A stretch of DNA of 60,568 bases from an uncultured Candidatus Saccharibacteria bacterium (lineage in GTDB: Bacteria > Patescibacteriota > Minisyncoccia > Phycocordibacterales > UBA9973): contig CAYHGI010000001.1 in assembly GCA_964356285.1 (NCBI GenBank), positions 1 to 60,568 of the forward strand. Reading direction: 5' to 3'. The notes beneath the pieces are model-generated. The model did not search any database. It was not told the origin of the DNA and saw nothing but the letters and a program-made list of their open reading frames with translations. A program made the position numbers and the translations under genes. Positions 55,170 through 60,568 of the stretch are shown here, piece by piece; within the stretch, counting starts at the first letter, position 1; every line of letters starts with the position of its first letter.

Positions 55170-56033
55170 ATGCAAATTAGAAAATTAACTAAAAAGGAAT
55201 TTCCTAAAGCTTTACTTGAGATTCCCCAGCCCCCAGAAACGCTTTGGACTATTGGCGACTTACCGGCGGATGAAAATTTGATTTATTTATGTGTGGTTGG
55301 TTCGCGTAAATTTACTTCATACGGACGCGAAGCGTGTGAAAAAATAATAGCTGGCCTGAAAGGATATCCGATAGTGATAGTTTCCGGTTTTGCCATGGGT
55401 ATAGATACTATTGCGCACAAAAAAGCGATGCAAATAGGACTCAAAACTGTTGTTTTCCCCGGTTCTGGACTTTCCGAAGAAGCAATGTATCCGCAAACCA
55501 ATGTACGGCTAGTGGACGAAGTGCTTAAAAATGGCGGGTGCTTGATTTCTGAATTTGAACCTGATTTCAAAGCAACCCAATGGGGTTTTCCAATGCGCAA
55601 TAGGTTGATGGCTGGTATTTCCAAAGCGGTTCTCATCATAGAAGCCGAAGAAAAATCCGGAACGCTGATCACTGCTCGACTCACAACCGAATACAATAGA
55701 GATTTATTGGTTGTGCCCGGATCAATTTTTTCCTCAAATTCAAAAGGAACAAATAGATTACTGCATCGAGGCGCAACGCCCGTCACCTGTGCCGAAGATG
55801 TTTTAGAAGCGCTTGGTTTTGAATTAAAAAAAGACGAGGAAAAACAAGCAAGACTTTTTGCAGATTTATCTCCTGAAGAAAAAATGGTTGTTGACCTACT
55901 CAGAGAACCGATGCAAAGAGATGATTTAATCCGCGCCATGAAACTTGCAATACCAATAGCTAACGCTTTGTTGTCGGTCATGGAAATAAAAGAACTGATC
56001 AAAGAAGAAATGGGTGAGATTAGGTTAGCGTAA
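55170..56033 (+). CDS. dprA: DNA processing protein DprA/Smf
   Basis: VVGSRKFTSYG, GFAMGIDTIAHKKAM and SGTLITA motifs. Confidence 0.85.
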   Translation: MQIRKLTKKEFPKALLEIPQPPETLWTIGDLPADENLIYLCVVGSRKFTSYGREACEKIIAGLKGYPIVIVSGFAMGIDTIAHKKAMQIGLKTVVFPGSGLSEEAMYPQTNVRLVDEVLKNGGCLISEFEPDFKATQWGFPMRNRLMAGISKAVLIIEAEEKSGTLITARLTTEYNRDLLVVPGSIFSSNSKGTNRLLHRGATPVTCAEDVLEALGFELKKDEEKQARLFADLSPEEKMVVDLLREPMQRDDLIRAMKLAIPIANALLSVMEIKELIKEEMGEIRLA

Positions 56034-56071
56034 TTTGCATTAAAAAACTATTTCGTGTAATACTGTGTGTA

Positions 56072-58378
56072 ATGAAATTATTAATTGTTGAATCACCGTC
56101 AAAAGCCAAGACTATCGAAAAATATTTGGAAGGCGCTTTTACTGTGCGCGCGTCCGTCGGACATGTGCGTGATTTACCTAAATCAAACAAAACGGCGATA
56201 GACATCGAAGGTGGTTTTATTCCGCATTATGAAATTTCTAAAGGTAAAGAAAAAATTGTCCGTGAATTGCAGGGATTAGCGGAAAAAGCCAGTCAGGTGG
56301 TATTAGCGACCGACCCCGACCGTGAAGGAGAAGCCATCGCTTGGCACATAGAGACACTTCTGAAGCAGGACCTCGAAGGAAAGAGTACTTCCTACGGGGC
56401 AGGCAAAAAAGTAAAAGCCCCAATAAGCAGAATAGTTTTCCACGAGATAACCAAAGAGGCAATTTTAGAAGCGTTAAAACACCCTCGAAAAATAGATACC
56501 CATCTCCGTCAGGCTCAAGAAGCCCGCAGGGTTCTAGACCGTTTGGTCGGCTATGATCTTTCTGGGCTTATTTGGAAAAAAGTGCGATACGGGCTTTCAG
56601 CTGGTCGAGTTCAATCCCCCGCGCTGCGCATTATTATGGAACGGGAACGCGAAATTCGCGCTTTTATTCCGGAAAAATTTTGGAGAATTTTTGGTTTATT
56701 TCAAACTACGAAAAGGGAAAAAATAACCTTGGAGTGTTCTGAAGAAATAAGAGACCTGCCCGCCCTCCCGGGTGGTCGGGAGCAGGCGGGTGAAAAATTG
56801 GTGGAGAAAATTATGGAAGCGGGTAGAAACGGCACATGGATCGTAAATGACATTAAGGAATCAGAACAAAAACGTTCACCTCGCGCGCCTTTTACCACTT
56901 CTACCTTGCAACAGACGGCGAGTTCTCGTCTTGGTTACTCTCCTTCGCGCACGATGCAAATAGCGCAACGGCTTTACGAAACTGGATATATCACATATAT
57001 GCGAACAGACAGTACTAATTTGTCCATAATTGCGCAAGAGCAAATTATTAATTTTGTTAAAAATAAATACGGTGAAGAATATGCGCAAGCCAGAATTTAT
57101 AAAACTAAATCAAAGAACGCTCAAGAAGCGCATGAAGCGATTCGTCCTACTCATATAGACAAGCTTATCGCCGGTAGCGGAGAGGGAGAAAAACTTTATA
57201 GATTAATTTGGGAACGCGCCGTATCTTCCCAAATGGCTGATGCGGAACTTTTGAAAACAAAAATTTCCGCTGTAATTGAAACAACTTCGGACGTTGGACG
57301 TCCAAATGACGGACGTCCAACGTCCGATCTGCCGGATTTTTCAGCTAATGGCTCTCGCCTTCTCTTCCCTGGATGGCTTGCGGTAGATACTGATGCTCGA
57401 GGTGATGATGTAGAACTGCCGGTGTGTAAAGAGGGCGAAGAATTGAAATTGCTTGATTTAATAAAAGAAGAAAAATTTACCGAACCACCAAGCAGATATA
57501 GCGAGGCAGGACTCATTAAAGAACTCGAAAATCGAGGTATTGGACGGCCTTCGACTTATGCTTCCATCATGAGAACTATTGAAGAAAGGGGCTATGTCAA
57601 CAAAGAAGGAAAAACGCTTTTTCCTACAGACGTCGGTGAAGTGGTATCGGACTTTTTGGAAAATAATTTTCCCAATTACATTTCCGATACTTTTACCGCG
57701 GAGATGGAAGACGAACTGGACGAAATTTCACGAGGCGAGCGCGAATATGAGAAAACACTGAAAGATTTTTATATACCATTTTCTAAAGATGTAAAGTCAA
57801 AAGATAAATTAGAAAAAGTCACAAACTTAGGCAATGCTCCAAAAAATATAAAATGCCCAAAATGCAACAGTGAAATGATCATCAAACTTTCTCGTGGAGG
57901 CAAATTCTATTCTTGCTCAAAGTATCCGAATTGTGACGGAGCTCTTATGATGAACGGTACAGAGTTAAAAGGCCCGAAAGAAACTGGAGAAATGTGTCCG
58001 GAATGCGGGAAGAAGTCTGGCGGAAAACTTGTTGTCCGCGAACGACGCGACGGCACCGGCACATTCATCTCCTGCTCGCGTTATCCAAAATGCAAATTTA
58101 TTAAGAGCGATGAAGTAGAAGAGGCTAAAAAGAGAACAGGTATAGTTTGTCCTTTGTGCGAGAAAGGAGATATTTCCGAGCGACGCGGAAAGTTTGGAAT
58201 TTTCTATTCTTGCTCCAATTACCCAAATTGTAAATTTGCCATAAAAGCAAAACCGACTGGCAGAAAATGCGAAAAATGCGGCAGTTTGATGATGGAAGGC
58301 ACAAAAACAATTCCAGAACGTTGCAGTAATAATAAATGTCCAAATTACCGACCAGATAAATTAAATAAAATGTTATAA
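56072..58378 (+). CDS. topA: DNA topoisomerase I with C-terminal zinc ribbons, carrying three in-frame palindromic inserts
   Basis: TOPRIM domain MKLLIVESPSKAKTIEKYL, active-site region YITYMRTDS, and four CxxC...CxxC fingers at the C-terminus. Confidence 0.95.
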   Translation: MKLLIVESPSKAKTIEKYLEGAFTVRASVGHVRDLPKSNKTAIDIEGGFIPHYEISKGKEKIVRELQGLAEKASQVVLATDPDREGEAIAWHIETLLKQDLEGKSTSYGAGKKVKAPISRIVFHEITKEAILEALKHPRKIDTHLRQAQEARRVLDRLVGYDLSGLIWKKVRYGLSAGRVQSPALRIIMEREREIRAFIPEKFWRIFGLFQTTKREKITLECSEEIRDLPALPGGREQAGEKLVEKIMEAGRNGTWIVNDIKESEQKRSPRAPFTTSTLQQTASSRLGYSPSRTMQIAQRLYETGYITYMRTDSTNLSIIAQEQIINFVKNKYGEEYAQARIYKTKSKNAQEAHEAIRPTHIDKLIAGSGEGEKLYRLIWERAVSSQMADAELLKTKISAVIETTSDVGRPNDGRPTSDLPDFSANGSRLLFPGWLAVDTDARGDDVELPVCKEGEELKLLDLIKEEKFTEPPSRYSEAGLIKELENRGIGRPSTYASIMRTIEERGYVNKEGKTLFPTDVGEVVSDFLENNFPNYISDTFTAEMEDELDEISRGEREYEKTLKDFYIPFSKDVKSKDKLEKVTNLGNAPKNIKCPKCNSEMIIKLSRGGKFYSCSKYPNCDGALMMNGTELKGPKETGEMCPECGKKSGGKLVVRERRDGTGTFISCSRYPKCKFIKSDEVEEAKKRTGIVCPLCEKGDISERRGKFGIFYSCSNYPNCKFAIKAKPTGRKCEKCGSLMMEGTKTIPERCSNNKCPNYRPDKLNKML
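56371..56404. repeat. family-2 palindromic element inside topA
   Basis: cctcgaaggaaagagtacttcctacggggcaggc; translated as LEGKSTSYGAG. Confidence 0.75.
56755..56791. repeat. GC-rich hairpin element inside topA
   Basis: cccgcc-ctcccg-ggtggt-cgggag-ca-ggcggg; translated as LPALPGGREQAG. Confidence 0.6.
57287..57327. repeat. family-3 (GACGTC-core) palindromic element inside topA
   Basis: Perfect 17-bp arms tcggacgttggacgtcc / ggacgtccaacgtccga around aaatgac; translated as SDVGRPNDGRPTSD. Confidence 0.8.
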
Positions 58379-58385
58379 TTATCCC

Positions 58386-59855
58386 ATGTCGAATGTTAAC
58401 GAAATCATTAGTCTAATTAAGGGCGGAATAAGCGAGCAAGAAAAAAAACTTTTGGCTAAAGCTTATAAGTTCGCGGAAGATGCGCACGCTGGACAGAAAA
58501 GAATGAGCGGAGAACCATACTTTAACCATGCTTTTGAAACTGCAAAAATTTTAGGCAAGCTTGGAATGGATGCGCAAACTATCGCCGCAGGGCTTCTGCA
58601 CGATGTAACTCCTTATACCAAGGTAACTGTTGAAGATATAAAAAAAGAATTTGGAGACGAAGTCGCCTTTCTGGTAGAAAGTGTGACAAATCTGGGAACT
58701 CTAAAATATAGGGGACACGAAAGGCATCTGGAGAGTTTGCGTAAATTCTTTATCGCCATGGCTCATGATTTGCGCGTGGTTATTATAAAGTTTGCCGATA
58801 GGCTTCACAATCTGCGCACCCTGCAGTTCTTATCGAAAGAAAAAGGATACCGAATCGCCATAGAATCGATCGAAGTCTACGCCTCGCTTGCCAATCGTCT
58901 CGGTATGGGAAAAATTAAAGGAGAACTCGAAGATGCGGCTTTCCCATATGCCTACCCTAAAGAATATGCTCAAACGGAAGAAATAATCAGAAAAAAACGA
59001 GAATCGTATCAAAAAAACTTGTCAGAAATCCAAAAAGAATTAACGAAAAAATTGGAAGAGAATAAGATAAGATTGGTTGAAATTGATTGCAGGATGAAAC
59101 ACAAGTATAGCTTGTGGAAGAAACTCGTAAAGCGCGAAATGGATCTGGAAAAAGTCTATGATGTGGTCGCTTTGCGGGTTGTAGTCGAAAGTATCGAAGA
59201 ATGTTACCGAGTGCTTGGAATCATACATTCTATCTGGAATCCTCTACCCGGCAGAATCAAAGATTATATCGCCCTCCCAAAACCAAACGGATATCGCTCT
59301 ATTCATACCACAGTTTTCACTGGCTCGGGCGGCACGGCAGAAATCCAGATACGAACCAAGGAAATGCACGCGGAAGCGGCCCACGGTATCGCGGCTCATT
59401 TTGCCTACAAGGAACAAATAGGCAGAAGAAAAGGCCAAGATAAAATAAAGTTAAAGTGGCTGGAAGAATTAAATGGACTCAATTATGAACCAAATGAATC
59501 GAAGAAATTCATCGAGCACTTAAAAATGGATTTCTTTAATGACCGCATATTCGTTTTTACTCCGAGAGGAGACATAGTGGATCTGCCGGAAGGCTCTAGC
59601 CCGATAGATTTTGCTTATTCCATACATTCCGATCTCGGAGATCATCTCTCCGGCGCTAAAGTAAACGGAAAAATGATTCAGATTTTTTCCAAATTAAAAA
59701 ACAGGGATATAGTGGAAATAATCGAAAAGAGAGACGCTTACCCATCAAAAAAATGGCTAGAATATGCTAGAACAGCTATGGCCAGAAAACATATCAAGTC
59801 GTATTTGGAAAAACACAGCCTACTCAATAAATTGAAATCTTTCGGTCAAAAATAA
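58386..59855 (+). CDS. rel: RelA/SpoT-family (p)ppGpp synthetase with degenerate hydrolase motif
   Basis: HD region, synthetase domain (YRSIHTTV), and TGS domain (VFTPRGDIVDLPEGSSPIDFAYSIHSDLG). No ACT domain. Confidence 0.85.
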   Translation: MSNVNEIISLIKGGISEQEKKLLAKAYKFAEDAHAGQKRMSGEPYFNHAFETAKILGKLGMDAQTIAAGLLHDVTPYTKVTVEDIKKEFGDEVAFLVESVTNLGTLKYRGHERHLESLRKFFIAMAHDLRVVIIKFADRLHNLRTLQFLSKEKGYRIAIESIEVYASLANRLGMGKIKGELEDAAFPYAYPKEYAQTEEIIRKKRESYQKNLSEIQKELTKKLEENKIRLVEIDCRMKHKYSLWKKLVKREMDLEKVYDVVALRVVVESIEECYRVLGIIHSIWNPLPGRIKDYIALPKPNGYRSIHTTVFTGSGGTAEIQIRTKEMHAEAAHGIAAHFAYKEQIGRRKGQDKIKLKWLEELNGLNYEPNESKKFIEHLKMDFFNDRIFVFTPRGDIVDLPEGSSPIDFAYSIHSDLGDHLSGAKVNGKMIQIFSKLKNRDIVEIIEKRDAYPSKKWLEYARTAMARKHIKSYLEKHSLLNKLKSFGQK

Positions 59856-59861
59856 AATTAA

Positions 59862-59951
59862 AAAAACCAGTACGTTTTTATTTTCCTCCTTTCGGGGTGT
59901 ACTGGTTTAGTGAGAATTAATGAGTAATTCACAACTGCTCGAAACGAGCGT
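59862..59951 (-). other. conserved 3' module (hairpin, AU-rich linker, terminator), copy B
   Basis: On the minus strand: gctcg-ttt-cgagc, then agttgtgaattactcattaattctcactaa, then accagtac...gtactggt and ttttttt. Confidence 0.55.
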
Positions 59952-59958
59952 GATATGG

Positions 59959-60474
59959 CTATTGCAAAAATGCTTTGGCCATTTTGACGATTTCGAGTCG
60001 TGGGTAACGCGGCTCGATGTAGGCAAGGTGCCCACGAACCCCTTCCCGATATTCGGCAAGCCGTTCTGTTTTCATTCGTCCCGTAGCAGTGAGATTGAAA
60101 GTGTTATCGAAAAATCCAAGGAGAATGACTTCTTCGCCTCGATTAAAGATTTCGACGAACTTGTTTTCCCTCTTGCTAAAGGTCAAGCCATGAACGAGAG
60201 GGCTAGCATCGGGAGAATCTTTAACCCAGCTGGGAAGCTCGGCGGTCGTATCCTCGATCAGATCGTGAGCAAGAAGAGCTTTCGCTCCCCTCACTCGAAA
60301 TTCTTCTGGCAAACTCTCCTCGTTGAGAAGAAACATTGCTAAAAGAACTGGATGGACTCCATAGGGTGTTACCCCGTCGAACCTCCTGAAGGCCTTTTCC
60401 GGCTCCCGAGGAAACAACGAGTGGATCCTAAAGATATCGCTCGTCATTACCGCCCATTCTTGTGCACTTAGCAT
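59959..60474 (-). CDS. small HD-domain protein (small alarmone hydrolase-like), GC-rich
   Basis: 171 aa with VHPVLLAMFLL ... ALLAHDLIEDT, an intact H...HD..ED motif as in RelA/SpoT hydrolase domains. An AAGGAG SD precedes the ATG. Confidence 0.6.
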   Translation of the reverse strand: MLSAQEWAVMTSDIFRIHSLFPREPEKAFRRFDGVTPYGVHPVLLAMFLLNEESLPEEFRVRGAKALLAHDLIEDTTAELPSWVKDSPDASPLVHGLTFSKRENKFVEIFNRGEEVILLGFFDNTFNLTATGRMKTERLAEYREGVRGHLAYIEPRYPRLEIVKMAKAFLQ

Positions 60475-60568
60475 GATGTTCTCCTTTCGGTTGACTGCAG
60501 TTAAATTGTGAAGAAGTGAATTCTCTTTTGAATTAGAACGATTGATGTATGCTAAAGATATGAAAAAA

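Noticed and set aside
55283-56002. 239-aa minus-strand ORF
   Set aside because: It is antisense to the well-supported dprA and has a Ser-rich low-complexity sequence.
59920-60342. 140-aa plus-strand ORF starting in the conserved 3' module
   Set aside because: It is antisense to the HD-domain gene, which has the recognisable motif. The equivalent position in module copy A has no ATG, so the module is not conserved as coding sequence.

Overview
Low-GC (by eye about 33-36%) bacterial chromosomal segment that looks like a Patescibacteria/CPR (Parcubacteria-like) genome: compact, tightly packed genes, many with ATGA/TAATG overlaps. This taxonomic placement is inference only. Gene content from left to right:
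- scpA-scpB and a partial dcw block (mraY-ftsW-murG).
- gltX, ribosomal proteins L27 and L9, and PBP2.
- A roughly 20-kb purine supercluster: purB-C-M-E, purH, guaA, guaB, purA, purD-N-F-Q-L.
- A small sugar/nucleotide block (TrmB-like regulator, PfkB kinase, Nudix, HAD).
- A copper/thiol-redox island (DUF302, DUF3105, CcdA-like, DUF1573, DUF2892, CopA).
- tRNA-Gln, dnaX, dus, ftsQ, serS, dprA, topA and rel.
Features that ordinary annotation would not explain:
1. Several families of short GC-rich palindromic elements sit in intergenic DNA. They flank a DUF559 endonuclease gene and are also inserted in frame inside intact housekeeping genes (purD, purL, purQ, copA, topA, dus, and the scpB tail). 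This resembles Rickettsia palindromic elements.
2. A three-member family of ~570-585-aa cysteine-rich proteins is built from duplicated zinc-ribbon modules. One copy is wedged into the pur operon and overlaps the purQ start.
3. Single-gene islands of clearly higher GC carry their own promoter, SD and terminator. Two of them share a conserved 3' hairpin-plus-terminator module.
4. The rel gene has a degenerate hydrolase motif and lies next to a GC-rich small HD-domain gene.
5. A PaaX/Cas2-like regulator gene is bracketed by ~35-bp inverted repeats inside the pur locus.
6. A ~600-bp ORF-free, hairpin-rich, GC-enriched region could be a structured RNA or a gene relic.
I found no rRNA, no CRISPR array and no recognisable transposase or integrase.
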